Shown here piece by piece: positions 1-8,888 of a DNA stretch of 39,704 nt; the stretch's first letter is position 1, and each line of letters begins with the position of its first letter. A program made the position numbers and the translations under genes. A model generated the notes under the pieces. It did no database searches and had not been told where the DNA came from. It saw only the letters and a list, made by a program, of their open reading frames with translations. This DNA comes from a virus (lineage: Duplodnaviria; Caudoviricetes), in IMG/VR virus record IMGVR_UViG_3300043423_000188, positions 1 through 39,704 of that record. One strand, written 5' to 3'.

Positions 1-273
1 ATGCGGTCTGCAACACCTGCCCGAACCGGGCGCACTTCACCTCTTGGCACCCCAGGTCAAGACGCTCTGCCTGCTGAGCGAATGGTCTTCACGGAAGCTG
101 ATTTGGCTTCTCGTTGGGGCATGAGTCCCAAAACCCTGCAACGTTGGCGGACCGAAGGTCGTGGTCCTCACTACCTCAAGCTTGGCAAACGCGTGACCTA
201 TACCGTTAACGCGATTGAGGCGTACGAGAACTTCGTGCAACACATCTCAACTTCACAACGTGTCGCAAGCTGA
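1..273 (+). CDS. Helix-turn-helix DNA-binding protein (excisionase/AlpA-like, HTH_17 type)
   Basis: TEADLASRWGMSPKTLQRWRTEGRGPHYLKLGKRVTY is a typical Xis/MerR-like winged HTH; the true start may be downstream of base 1. Confidence 0.8.
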   Translation: MRSATPARTGRTSPLGTPGQDALPAERMVFTEADLASRWGMSPKTLQRWRTEGRGPHYLKLGKRVTYTVNAIEAYENFVQHISTSQRVAS

Positions 274-283
274 GGAGCCAAAC

Positions 284-769
284 ATGAACCACCTCCAACT
301 CCACCAGGCCGCTTTGCCTGACCTCTCGGCCAACCAAATCAGCCGACTCCCCAAAGACCAACTGGCTCAGTTTAGCCATGCGGTGCAAGAACTCCATGAC
401 TGGACCATCCAGATGCGTGGTCGTATTAACCGAGGTCTTGAACAACGCTACGACGAACAAATCCGACAAGCCAATAGCTTTGGTGAGGAGGAGTCAGCAC
501 GTTTCCGTATTGACGACGGTGACTTGCAGATCGATGTCACGCATGCAAAAGAGATCGTTTGGGATCAGGAGCACCTCACCCAAATCGCTGACCGCATGGT
601 CGCAGCCGGGGACCGCGTGCAGGACTTCATGGAAGTTCACTTGTCAGTGTCCGAGGAGGACTATGCCAAGTGGCACCCATTACTTCGAGCAGCTTTTCAG
701 CCCGCACGCCGAGAGCTTGTCACTGAACCTCAATTCAAGATTCGTTGGGTCGGCGAAGTCCAGCTCTGA
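284..769 (+). CDS. Conserved prophage hypothetical protein
   Basis: GAGGAG RBS at 272-277, ATG at 284 (MNHLQL), sits in the early operon right after the HTH gene. Confidence 0.7.
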   Translation: MNHLQLHQAALPDLSANQISRLPKDQLAQFSHAVQELHDWTIQMRGRINRGLEQRYDEQIRQANSFGEEESARFRIDDGDLQIDVTHAKEIVWDQEHLTQIADRMVAAGDRVQDFMEVHLSVSEEDYAKWHPLLRAAFQPARRELVTEPQFKIRWVGEVQL

Positions 770-805
770 ATCTACTCCTCATTTACACATTCATTGGATT
801 TACAC

Positions 806-1516
806 ATGTACCCAGAACAACACACCCAAAACGCTCCCAGCAGCTGGAACGACTTCAACGATGCCGAAGCCCAACAAAGTGGCTTTGACCTGATCCCCAA
901 AGGTACCCAAGCTGTGGTGCGTATGACCATCAAGCCTGGTGGTTACGACGAACCTGAGCGCGGATGGACTGGCGGCTACGCAACTGCTTCACATGAAACA
1001 GGAGCCGTTTTCCTGTCCTGCGAATTTGTAGTGCTGCACGGGCAATTCGCTAAGCGCAAGATGTGGAGTAATGTGGGGTTGCACTCCAACAAAGGACCAA
1101 CTTGGGGCCAGATGGGGCGCAGCTTTATCAAGGCGGTGCTCAACAGCTCACGCAATATTCATCCGGATGACAACTCACCCGAGGCGGCGCATGCGCGACA
1201 AATCCGAGGCTTTGCAGATCTCGATGGCGTGGAGTTCCCGGCACGCATCGGTGTTGAAAAAGACGGCAAGGGTGAGTTGCGCAACATCATCCGCATAGTG
1301 ATGGAGCCTGACCACAAAGACTATGCTGATTTGATCTTGGCCAAAGCGCAGGCGATTGCTGGCCCTAGTGGTTCAAACGGCGGTGCTCCCGCTGCGGCGG
1401 TTCCTGTGTCGCATATTCCTCCTGCCAATTTGCCGCCATCGAATTACCCGCCCACCGGGTACTCAACCCAAACGCGTGTGCCCAGCACGCAGGGACGTCC
1501 TTCATGGGCTCAGTGA
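806..1516 (+). CDS. Phage replication-module protein, DUF669/ssDNA-binding-like
   Basis: WNDFNDAE..FDLIPKGT N-terminus, beta-rich core, Pro/Ala low-complexity tail ending PSWAQ as in phage SSB-like proteins. Confidence 0.6.
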   Translation: MYPEQHTQNAPSSWNDFNDAEAQQSGFDLIPKGTQAVVRMTIKPGGYDEPERGWTGGYATASHETGAVFLSCEFVVLHGQFAKRKMWSNVGLHSNKGPTWGQMGRSFIKAVLNSSRNIHPDDNSPEAAHARQIRGFADLDGVEFPARIGVEKDGKGELRNIIRIVMEPDHKDYADLILAKAQAIAGPSGSNGGAPAAAVPVSHIPPANLPPSNYPPTGYSTQTRVPSTQGRPSWAQ

Positions 1517-1552
1517 GTCAAGTTGTGACACATGGTGAGCAAACACGCAGTT

Positions 1553-1984
1553 ATGAAGTGTTGGGTTTGTGCACGGCAGGCCAGAGGCTACGGCCATACG
1601 GACATCCGATTTCCTGTGGGACGTGCAGCACGCTATCCCGTCGATTGGGTGTTTTGTTCGATGCGCTGCCAGAGGTGTTTTCACAAACTCTACGAAGCGG
1701 GCGTGCGTTTGCTCAACCATGGGGATGTGCGCATCTCGGTGAAGGAGGGCTATGTGATTAATCCTTCTGAAGCTGAGATGTCCGCCATGCGTCGTTGCCT
1801 CAAACCCTTGGGCGAAGCTGCAAACGAAGTGGGCATGGACCGTGCGCTGAGTACTTACTCACAGGCGGAGGCCTTGGTCTTGATCAACGCTGTGGTCACC
1901 GCCTATGTCGAAGCGATGGTGCAAGCGCATGAAGCGAGCAAGTACCCGCCCTTACGGATGCTTGGCCACGAGTCCTACGGCTAG
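1553..1984 (+). CDS. DUF6511-like protein with N-terminal Cys zinc-finger
   Basis: CWVC...CSMRC metal-binding pairs followed by EMSAMRRCLKPLGEAANEVGMDRALSTYSQAEAL. Confidence 0.65.
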   Translation: MKCWVCARQARGYGHTDIRFPVGRAARYPVDWVFCSMRCQRCFHKLYEAGVRLLNHGDVRISVKEGYVINPSEAEMSAMRRCLKPLGEAANEVGMDRALSTYSQAEALVLINAVVTAYVEAMVQAHEASKYPPLRMLGHESYG

Positions 1985-2001
1985 ACCTAGATCTAAGTCC
2001 C

Positions 2002-2030
2002 AGACGCAGTACTAGTTGCTGCGTCTTATT
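2002..2030 (+). terminator. Possible intrinsic terminator
   Basis: AGACGCAG (2002-2009) / CTGCGTCT (2019-2026) inverted repeat followed by a T-rich stretch, just after the stop at 1984. Confidence 0.4.
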
Positions 2031-2085
2031 CAATTTTCAAAACTGATGCTGACCACTGAGGTGGTTGGCAGGGAGAACTTTTGCC

Positions 2086-2391
2086 ATGACAAATCAAACA
2101 CCCCGAAATTCACACACCAACTCAAACTCCTTCGAGACCATGCTCTCGTCTGAGCAAGCTGCCATCGCGTTCAACCTGCCTTTTTACTTTTTCCGAAATC
2201 CCTACAAGCGCAAGAAGCTTCAGATCCCGCATTACTACATCAACAAGCTGGTGCGCTATCGCCTCAACGAATTGCGGGTGTGGCATGCGCAACTCGGAGA
2301 CCTGTTGGCGGCGCAAGCAAAGGAGGCACAGGACCAGCTGGCGTCTGAGCCATCTCGCCACTCTCAAGAAGGCGAGGCTATACATGCTTGA
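2086..2391 (+). CDS. Small DNA-binding protein (Xis/AlpA-like HTH)
   Basis: GGAGA RBS, LSSEQAAIAFNLP...IPHYYINKLVRYRLNELRVW resembles a winged HTH; stop overlaps the primase start. Confidence 0.6.
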   Translation: MTNQTPRNSHTNSNSFETMLSSEQAAIAFNLPFYFFRNPYKRKKLQIPHYYINKLVRYRLNELRVWHAQLGDLLAAQAKEAQDQLASEPSRHSQEGEAIHA

Positions 2392-4702
2392 TTTCAATGA
2401 CCCCGCCCAAGAGGCGTTTCGCAAATCGATTCCACCTAAAACGGATAGCTCGCGTGAAAAAGATGACATCCGTCAGGCTTTGCTTGAACGTTTGAGCACA
2501 CTCATCGCTGAGATCTGGCCAGCTGGCAAACGCCGCAATACCAAGTACTTGGTGGGCGATGTGATGGGCGGCCCAGGGGACAGTTTGGAGTTGCTGCTCT
2601 CAGGCCCCAAAGCAGGACTGTGGACTGACCGCGCAACAGGTGAGGGTGGTGACATCTTCGATCTGATTGCGCGTCACTACCAACTCAACATCCAGACCCA
2701 TTTCCCCGATGTGCTCAAACGTGCCGAGGATTTAATGGGTCGAGTGGATTCACTGCCGCAACGCCCCCCAAGTCAAGACAAAGCCAAAACGCCTGCAGTC
2801 GATGAACTTGGGCCCGCTACTGCCAAGTGGGACTACCAAGATGCAACAGGCAAGCTGATTGCAGTGGTCTATCGCTACGACCCTGAGCCTGGCAAGAAAG
2901 AGTTTCGCCCATGGGATGTGAAGCGCCGCAAGATGGCTCCACCTGACCCGCGCCCCTTGTTCAACCAACACGGCATCTCGTACGCCGAACGAATCATTCT
3001 GGTCGAGGGGGAGAAGTGTGCCCAAGCGCTCATTGAGCTTGGCGTGTGCGCCACGACTGCCATGCAAGGTGCAAATGCGCCCGTGGATAAAACCGACTGG
3101 ACACCACTTGCTGGCAAGCATGTGCTCATCTGGCCTGACCGTGACAAGCCAGGTTGGGACTATGCGGACCGTGCGTCACAAGTCATCCTGCTTGCGGGTG
3201 CTCTCAGCTGCGCAATCCTTCAGCCCCCAGAGGAAAAGCCTGAAGGTTGGGATGTGGCCGATGCGCGCGTCGAAGGATTTGATGTCGCTGGTTTTATCGC
3301 GGCAGGCGACCGCATGCCCGTCGTGCGTCAAGCTGACGAGAACATGGCAACAGACATCGTGGATGGACTAGATTACACCACTGAAGATGGCTTGGCCATA
3401 GCGTTTACGCGTCAGTTTGGTGAGGACTGGCGGTTTTGTTCTCCATGGGGCAAATGGTTGGTGTGGAATGGCGTGCGCTGGAACATCGACAAGTCGCTCT
3501 ACGTGCATCACCTGAGTCGAACGGTTTGTCGTGCCGCGTCCTACAAAGCAGACACGCCAAGACTCAAGTTACGCTTGGCTGGCTCGAGCACCATGTCTGC
3601 AATTGAACGCATCGTTCGCACGGACCCACGTCACAGTGCGACGGTTGAGGAGTGGGATGCCGATCCTTGGTTGCTCAATACGCCTGGTGGAATCATTGAC
3701 CTCAGGCGTGGCGGAATTGGGCCGCATAGGCGCGATCGACGCATGACTAAGGTCACCACAGCCACACCCAAAGGTGAAAGCCCTGTATGGACTAATTTCC
3801 TCGAGAACGTCACGGGTGGCGATAAGGAGTTGCAGTTGTATTTGCAACGCGTGGTGGGCTACTGCCTCACGGGCGATATCAGCACGCACGCCTTGTTCTT
3901 CCTGTACGGCACTGGGGCTAACGGCAAGTCCGTGTTCGTCAACGTAATCTCAACCATCTTGGGTGATTACGCGGCCAACGCTCCCATGGACACGTTCATG
4001 GAAACACGCTCTGACCGTCACCCCACGGATCTCGCTGGTTTGCGCGGCGCACGCTTTGTCTCGGCCACAGAAACCGAGCAGGGCAGACGTTGGAACGAAT
4101 CCAAGATCAAAGCCATCACAGGCGGGGACTTGGTGACAGCGCGGCTGATGCACCAGGACTTCTTCACCTACACGCCTCAGTTCAAGTTGTTGATTGCGGG
4201 CAACCACAAGCCCGCCATTCGAAATATCGATGAGGCGATGCGCCGTCGTATGCACTTGATTCCTTTCACGATCACGGTGCCGCCTGAGAAACGTGACCCC
4301 TTGCTCACGGAAAAGTTGCTCTCTGAGCGTGACGGCATCTTGGCTTGGGCACTAAAGGGTTGTTTGCTCTGGCAGCAGATCGGGCTCAAGCAACCACTCT
4401 CGGTGACCAGTGCCACGGATGAGTATTTCGAGGGTGAAGACGCTATGGGGCGTTGGATGGATGAGCGCTGCAAGCTCGGAGCCAATGACAAAGCACTGAC
4501 GGTGACTCTCTTCAACGATTGGAAGCAATGGGCCGAGATGAGCGGTGAGTTCGTGGGCACACAACGCCGATTTTCTGATGCTCTCATCACGCGACGTTTC
4601 GACAAGTGGCGCAACTCCATAGGTGTTCGTGGCTTTGCGGGTATCGACATCAAACAGCCCACCAATTTCCCTAATCGCAGCTACCCCTACAACGATAACT
4701 AG
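2384..4702 (+). CDS. Phage/plasmid P4-family primase-helicase (TOPRIM + D5_N + SF3 helicase)
   Basis: TOPRIM motifs ILVEGEKCA and WPDRD; Walker A GTGANGKS; IKAITGGD and KLLIAGNHKP SF3 motifs; start MLDFND at 2384. Confidence 0.93.
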   Translation: MLDFNDPAQEAFRKSIPPKTDSSREKDDIRQALLERLSTLIAEIWPAGKRRNTKYLVGDVMGGPGDSLELLLSGPKAGLWTDRATGEGGDIFDLIARHYQLNIQTHFPDVLKRAEDLMGRVDSLPQRPPSQDKAKTPAVDELGPATAKWDYQDATGKLIAVVYRYDPEPGKKEFRPWDVKRRKMAPPDPRPLFNQHGISYAERIILVEGEKCAQALIELGVCATTAMQGANAPVDKTDWTPLAGKHVLIWPDRDKPGWDYADRASQVILLAGALSCAILQPPEEKPEGWDVADARVEGFDVAGFIAAGDRMPVVRQADENMATDIVDGLDYTTEDGLAIAFTRQFGEDWRFCSPWGKWLVWNGVRWNIDKSLYVHHLSRTVCRAASYKADTPRLKLRLAGSSTMSAIERIVRTDPRHSATVEEWDADPWLLNTPGGIIDLRRGGIGPHRRDRRMTKVTTATPKGESPVWTNFLENVTGGDKELQLYLQRVVGYCLTGDISTHALFFLYGTGANGKSVFVNVISTILGDYAANAPMDTFMETRSDRHPTDLAGLRGARFVSATETEQGRRWNESKIKAITGGDLVTARLMHQDFFTYTPQFKLLIAGNHKPAIRNIDEAMRRRMHLIPFTITVPPEKRDPLLTEKLLSERDGILAWALKGCLLWQQIGLKQPLSVTSATDEYFEGEDAMGRWMDERCKLGANDKALTVTLFNDWKQWAEMSGEFVGTQRRFSDALITRRFDKWRNSIGVRGFAGIDIKQPTNFPNRSYPYNDN

Positions 4703-4740
4703 GAGATAAAAATGAAACTTAGGAATTCAAAAACAGGTAC

Positions 4741-4850
4741 TTTGACACTTGCGACACTACTTAACAGTAGTTCTCTACGCGTACGTACATACGCGCATAA
4801 AGAGAAGGAATGTTTTAAAACGTCAAATGCGTCATTCGACGCATTTGCCT
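4741..4850. promoter_or_regulatory. Candidate replication origin / structured non-coding element
   Basis: GACACT repeats, 24-nt alternating purine-pyrimidine tract (4776-4799), A/T-rich spacer, perfect 10-bp inverted repeat 4824-4847, directly downstream of the primase. Confidence 0.4.
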
Positions 4851-4890
4851 CCCCATCGGCACATGGATATTTCACGATTGGAGGTGTTCA

Positions 4891-5118
4891 ATGAACATTC
4901 CCCAACCGCACTATCCATCGCCCCTTGGGCGCATGCAAGCCCACCCCATGGATGTTGAGGCCACCAAGCGCCAAGGTTGGCGAGAGCAACACATCTTGGT
5001 CATCTCTGAGCAAGACACGCGTCTGAACTTCTTGGAGCGTCAACTCATTCGCAGCATTGGAGAGCGGCTCTACGGGCAAACCAACTGTGTCCCACCAAAG
5101 GGAGGGCAGCATGGATGA
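4891..5118 (+). CDS. Small phage hypothetical protein
   Basis: GGAGGT RBS at 4881-4886; stop overlaps the start of the next gene. Confidence 0.65.
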   Translation: MNIPQPHYPSPLGRMQAHPMDVEATKRQGWREQHILVISEQDTRLNFLERQLIRSIGERLYGQTNCVPPKGGQHG

Positions 5119-5515
5119 GCTTTGGACGATTGATGTTGTAGCCGAGCGTTTCACGGAAGCAGCACGCACTGCGAGGCGTTTGCCTCGTGTGACGGTCCAA
5201 GGCTACGTGAGCACTTGGCCAGTGGTCGCGCAAAGTGAACTCGAGGCGTATCCCGACCGCGAGAAGCTTTATCGATTGCCGCCACCAAGTCCCAAGGACG
5301 TAGACCTGATGCTTGAAGTCATGCAATGGGTGCAAGTCTTGGAGTTGGATGAGCGGCACTTGGTGTGGATGCGCGCCAAGCGATACGACTGGCGAGAGAT
5401 CGGTAAGCGCTTCGCCTGCGACCGAACCACAGCGTGGAGACGTTGGAAGCGCGACATGCAAGTCGTGACCGACAAGCTCAACGCCAAAGCAAAACCATCT
5501 GCGAACTGTTTGTGA
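5111..5515 (+). CDS. DUF6362 family protein, putative late-transcription regulator with C-terminal HTH
   Basis: WTIDVVAERFTEAARTARRLP start and HLVWMRAKRYDWREIGKRFACDRTTAWRRW HTH; occupies the Q-like position between replication and packaging genes. Confidence 0.75.
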   Translation: MDELWTIDVVAERFTEAARTARRLPRVTVQGYVSTWPVVAQSELEAYPDREKLYRLPPPSPKDVDLMLEVMQWVQVLELDERHLVWMRAKRYDWREIGKRFACDRTTAWRRWKRDMQVVTDKLNAKAKPSANCL

Positions 5516-5809
5516 GGGTTCTAGCGTGATTTGAAGTGAGTAAGCGGCGCAGTTAAAGGGGGAGAGGATATGCGCGGCTTTTGAGCCCAAATCACGCTGC
5601 AACATTTCAGCGTTTTGAAGCTACATTTCTGTCTATGGTCGCGGCAGTTGTGAGTCAAGTGAACCCACACAGTGACCGTAAGTGGCTAAGTGAGAAAGAG
5701 TAAGTGACTCACAGTGTGTGACCTCAAGAATCCATGCGCCATCTCAGGCACAAAACGCCCCATCAATGGCGTCAATCAAGCCAAGTTACCCCCAACTTCC
5801 TGAATTCAC

Positions 5810-5910
5810 GGGTCCTTCCGGGCGATAAACCTATGCGGGGGGCAAAGGTGCGAGATTTCGATACTGATAGCCCCGAAATCCGGGTGCGCAGTACGCACCG
5901 GGTACGCACC
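5810..5910 (+). other. Putative lambda-like cos packaging site (cosQ-cosN-cosB-like)
   Basis: GGGTCCT at 5810-5816 is identical to lambda cosQ; a G-rich cosN-like segment follows about 20 nt later; TGCGAGATTTCGATA matches lambda CGCGGGTTTTCGCTA at 11/15; GTACGCACC repeats follow. Confidence 0.6.
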
Positions 5911-5921
5911 CAACCTAATTC

Positions 5922-6137
5922 TCAGGCCAGCAGAACGTCTCCGCGTTTGACGTAGGTGTCGAGTTTGTCGATTGGCAAAAACAAACTGCTGCCGTTTTCT
6001 TTGCGAATTTCAAGGAACCCATCCTTGACCGGACCCACGACCTCATAGGTCCCTACGACCAGTGGTGCAAAGCCTGCATCGCTTCCATCTTTGTTTTTCT
6101 GACGGGCTAAGACCCCGTTGATGACTGTTATCCGCAC
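5922..6137 (-). CDS. Small hypothetical protein (possible SH3-like beta-barrel), moron-like
   Basis: 71-aa ORF with protein-like composition (GTYEVVGPVKDGFLEIRKENGSSLFLP), GTG start, fills the gap between cos and the methylase. Confidence 0.5.
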   Translation of the reverse strand: MRITVINGVLARQKNKDGSDAGFAPLVVGTYEVVGPVKDGFLEIRKENGSSLFLPIDKLDTYVKRGDVLLA

Positions 6138-6181
6138 TGCAGCTTCTCGTTGTTGTTTGCTTAATTTTAACCAAGGCCCCT

Positions 6182-7438
6182 ATGACACCCGAGATCCGAA
6201 TGGTCGCGGTTGATACGCTCATCCCGTACGCCCGCAATGCCCGCACGCACAACGATTCTCAAGTTGCTCAGATTGCAGCTTCCATTGCCGAATATGGCTG
6301 GACCAATCCCATCCTCACAGACGGTGAGAGGGGCGTCATTGCAGGCCATGGCCGCTTAATGGCAGCCAGAAAACTCGACCTCAAAGAGGTGCCTGTTATC
6401 GAGTTGGCGCACCTGACCCCAGAGCAAAAGAAGGCCTACATCTTGGCCGACAACCGCATTGCGGAAAACGCTGGCTGGGATCAAGAGCTTATAAAGCTTG
6501 AGTTGGCTGAGCTCCAAGCTGCTGACTACGACCTCTCGCTCATGGGGTTCACGGATGAAGAGATTGATGACTTGCTCAGTCCAGAAGATGAAGGCGGTGG
6601 TTTAACCGAGGATGATGCAATCCCAGAACCACCAGTAGATCCTGTTTCCAGACCTGGGGACTTGTGGATTCTCGGCAACCACCGCCTCCTTTGTGGTGAT
6701 TCCACGGTGCTCTTAGATGTTGAGCGCCTCATGGATGGGCAACTTGCAGACATGGCCTTCACAGACCCGCCCTACAACGTGGACTACGGCAACAGCGCCA
6801 AAGACAAGATGCGCGGCAAAGACCGTCGCATCCTGAACGATGCGTTGGGCGATGGGTTCTACAAATTCTTGTACGACGCTTGCCTGAACTTGCTGATCAT
6901 GACCAAGGGCGCTTGCTATGTGTGCATGAGCTCTTCGGAGCTGCACACCTTGCAAAAGGCTTGGCTCGATGCGGGCGGCAAGTGGTCGACTTTTGTGATT
7001 TGGGCGAAGAATTCATTCACCTTAGGGCGTGCTGACTATCAGCGTCAGTACGAGCCCATCCTCTACGGCTGGAAGCAGGGCTCCGACCATTTTTGGTGCG
7101 GCGACCGTGACCAAGCTGATGTTTGGTTTTACAACAAGCCTCGCGTCAATGATCTGCATCCCACGATGAAGCCTGTCGAGCTCGTAGAGCGTGCCGTGAA
7201 GAACTCATCCAAGAGCCGTGACATCGTGCTCGACTTGTTTGGGGGTTCTGGCACCACAGCGATTGCCTGTGAAAAAACCAACCGACACGCCCGACTCATG
7301 GAGTTGGATCCTAAGTTTGTGGATGTGATCGTGAAGCGCTGGGAAGACTTCACAGGCAAGAAGGCTGTGCTCCATCGCGCTGTTGCGGTAGAGCTTGAAA
7401 CACCTCAAGTGCTAGAAGAAAACCCTTTAGCGAATTGA
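6182..7438 (+). CDS. ParB-like domain fused to an N6-adenine/N4-cytosine DNA methyltransferase (beta class)
   Basis: N-terminal LIPYARNARTH...IAGHGRL ParB/Srx domain; catalytic DPPY, HPTMKPV, then SAM-binding DLFGGSGT. Confidence 0.92.
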   Translation: MTPEIRMVAVDTLIPYARNARTHNDSQVAQIAASIAEYGWTNPILTDGERGVIAGHGRLMAARKLDLKEVPVIELAHLTPEQKKAYILADNRIAENAGWDQELIKLELAELQAADYDLSLMGFTDEEIDDLLSPEDEGGGLTEDDAIPEPPVDPVSRPGDLWILGNHRLLCGDSTVLLDVERLMDGQLADMAFTDPPYNVDYGNSAKDKMRGKDRRILNDALGDGFYKFLYDACLNLLIMTKGACYVCMSSSELHTLQKAWLDAGGKWSTFVIWAKNSFTLGRADYQRQYEPILYGWKQGSDHFWCGDRDQADVWFYNKPRVNDLHPTMKPVELVERAVKNSSKSRDIVLDLFGGSGTTAIACEKTNRHARLMELDPKFVDVIVKRWEDFTGKKAVLHRAVAVELETPQVLEENPLAN

Positions 7439-7485
7439 CATGTACCCGTGTCAGAATCACGACCGTTCATTAAAAGGAGATTACG

Positions 7486-7767
7486 TTGAACAAGACCGAA
7501 TTGATCGAGGCATTGGCCCACGAAACTGAAATGTCAAAGGCCGCAGCTGGCCGTGCAATCGATACATTGCTTGAAATCATCACCAAGTCTGTGGCCAAGA
7601 AGCAAGACGTGCAGTTGATTGGTTTTGGTACTTTCAAAGCTACCAAGCGTGCTGCACGTACAGGTCGCAACCCACGTACGGGTGAAGCATTGAAGATCGC
7701 TGCTGCCAATGTGCCTAAGTTCACACCCGGTGCAGCTTTCAAAGCCGCATTGAACAAGAAGAAGTAA
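7486..7767 (+). CDS. hup: HU family histone-like DNA-binding protein
   Basis: [11 protein letters not shown]...VQLIGFGTF...[26 protein letters not shown]; AAGGAG RBS, TTG start. Confidence 0.95.
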   Translation: MNKTELIEALAHETEMSKAAAGRAIDTLLEIITKSVAKKQDVQLIGFGTFKATKRAARTGRNPRTGEALKIAAANVPKFTPGAAFKAALNKKK

Positions 7768-7791
7768 TCACTTCGCTTGTGCATCGCACAA

Positions 7792-7824
7792 GGAGGCAAA
7801 GGTTTAGGCTTTGCCTCCATTTTT
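7792..7824 (+). terminator. Intrinsic terminator after the HU gene
   Basis: GGAGGCAAAG / CTTTGCCTCC 10-bp stem, 7-nt loop, ATTTTT tail; second hairpin CTTGTGC/GCACAAG at 7776-7792. Confidence 0.8.
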
Positions 7825-7897
7825 GACTCTGCACAAAACATAACTTAGCTTAGCTTTCACATTCATGTGCAGTCAATAAACTTTATGGAGACCCAGA

Positions 7898-8578
7898 TCA
7901 AACGGTTCTTGCTCGGTCTTGGTAAATCCAATAGCAATCACAAGACGCTTTTTCTAGTGCAGGTCTGTTTAATATTTCTATCTGGCCGCGACTTAGTTTC
8001 ACATGTCCACGAATAACAAGTTTCTTTAAAGCAAGTGCAACTGCTTCTCTACGGAAACCAAGCAAATCAGCAACTTCTTGTTGCGTGATTTGTATCACCA
8101 AAGTCAGACTGTGATCGAGTGTTATCAAAAACCACCGAATGAGTTGCTTCTCTGTTGAGTGATGTCTCCCGCATGCCATTGTTTGTGCCATCTGAGCCAT
8201 TAACTTACACGTATCCGACTGAGCTGCATGTGTATAAACAGGGCAATTCATTGCTTCATGCTTCAAGGCACTTGTCGGTATTTGATAGGCAAGTCCTGTA
8301 TTTCTAACTGTTGCACGATAAAAGCTGGGCCTATCCATAACGGCCATACCCACCATAGAAGTTTTTCCTATGACGTTTATTTCAATGCTCGTACCTTCAG
8401 TTAAATCTACCAACATCGAAACTAACGCACCTGCCGGGTAATACACATTTGTGGGCCGCTGGCCTATTCCAAACAATGTTTGCCCTTTGTGCAAAATTAC
8501 CTTTTTCAGATGCGGTTGTAATCGTAAGTACTCTGATTCAGGAATGCTAGCTAATAGTAAATTGGAAAAAAATGTCAA
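7898..8578 (-). CDS. Crp/Fnr family transcriptional regulator
   Basis: cNMP-binding-like N-terminal domain (NLLLASI..EYLRLQPHL..VILHKGQTL...VYYP) and C-terminal HTH ITQQEVADLLGFRREAVALAL; visibly lower GC than the flanks. Confidence 0.88.
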   Translation of the reverse strand: MTFFSNLLLASIPESEYLRLQPHLKKVILHKGQTLFGIGQRPTNVYYPAGALVSMLVDLTEGTSIEINVIGKTSMVGMAVMDRPSFYRATVRNTGLAYQIPTSALKHEAMNCPVYTHAAQSDTCKLMAQMAQTMACGRHHSTEKQLIRWFLITLDHSLTLVIQITQQEVADLLGFRREAVALALKKLVIRGHVKLSRGQIEILNRPALEKASCDCYWIYQDRARTV

Positions 8579-8593
8579 AATGTGCTTTTATTG

Positions 8594-8884
8594 TTAAAAA
8601 TGCATATTTGTCGAGTTTGTTGATTTAGGAGTCGCTTTTCTATGCGAATTCACACACATCGGCAAGGGTAAGGTTGCCCTGTTGGATTTCTGATTAGTGG
8701 GAATGTCAGTCACAACCAAGTGGCGATAGTTACCAGACATCATTTCGCTACTGATGGGTATAAAGTCGATTCTTGGGTTTCGGGCGAGTGATTGACCAAT
8801 TCCAAGGATGCACCATGCATTGCCATCGGGGCCGTTTAGGTCGATGCTCTGTTTACCAGATGGTTTGTGCTGGAGAAATGCCAT
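8594..8884 (-). pseudogene. Probably 3'-truncated small phage protein
   Basis: IDLNGPDGNAWCILG...EMMSGNYRHL resembles a small conserved phage protein but runs into unrelated AT-rich sequence at ~8715. Confidence 0.4.
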
Positions 8885-8888
8885 ACGC

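Noticed and set aside
4712-4894. 60-aa ORF after the primase
   Set aside because: It has an AGGAG RBS but overlaps a repeat/palindrome-rich element better explained as non-coding; left uncalled
7435-7463. Perfect TTGACA -35 box upstream of HU
   Set aside because: No -10 hexamer at 16-18 nt spacing (CAGAAT is only 11 nt away), so not called as a promoter
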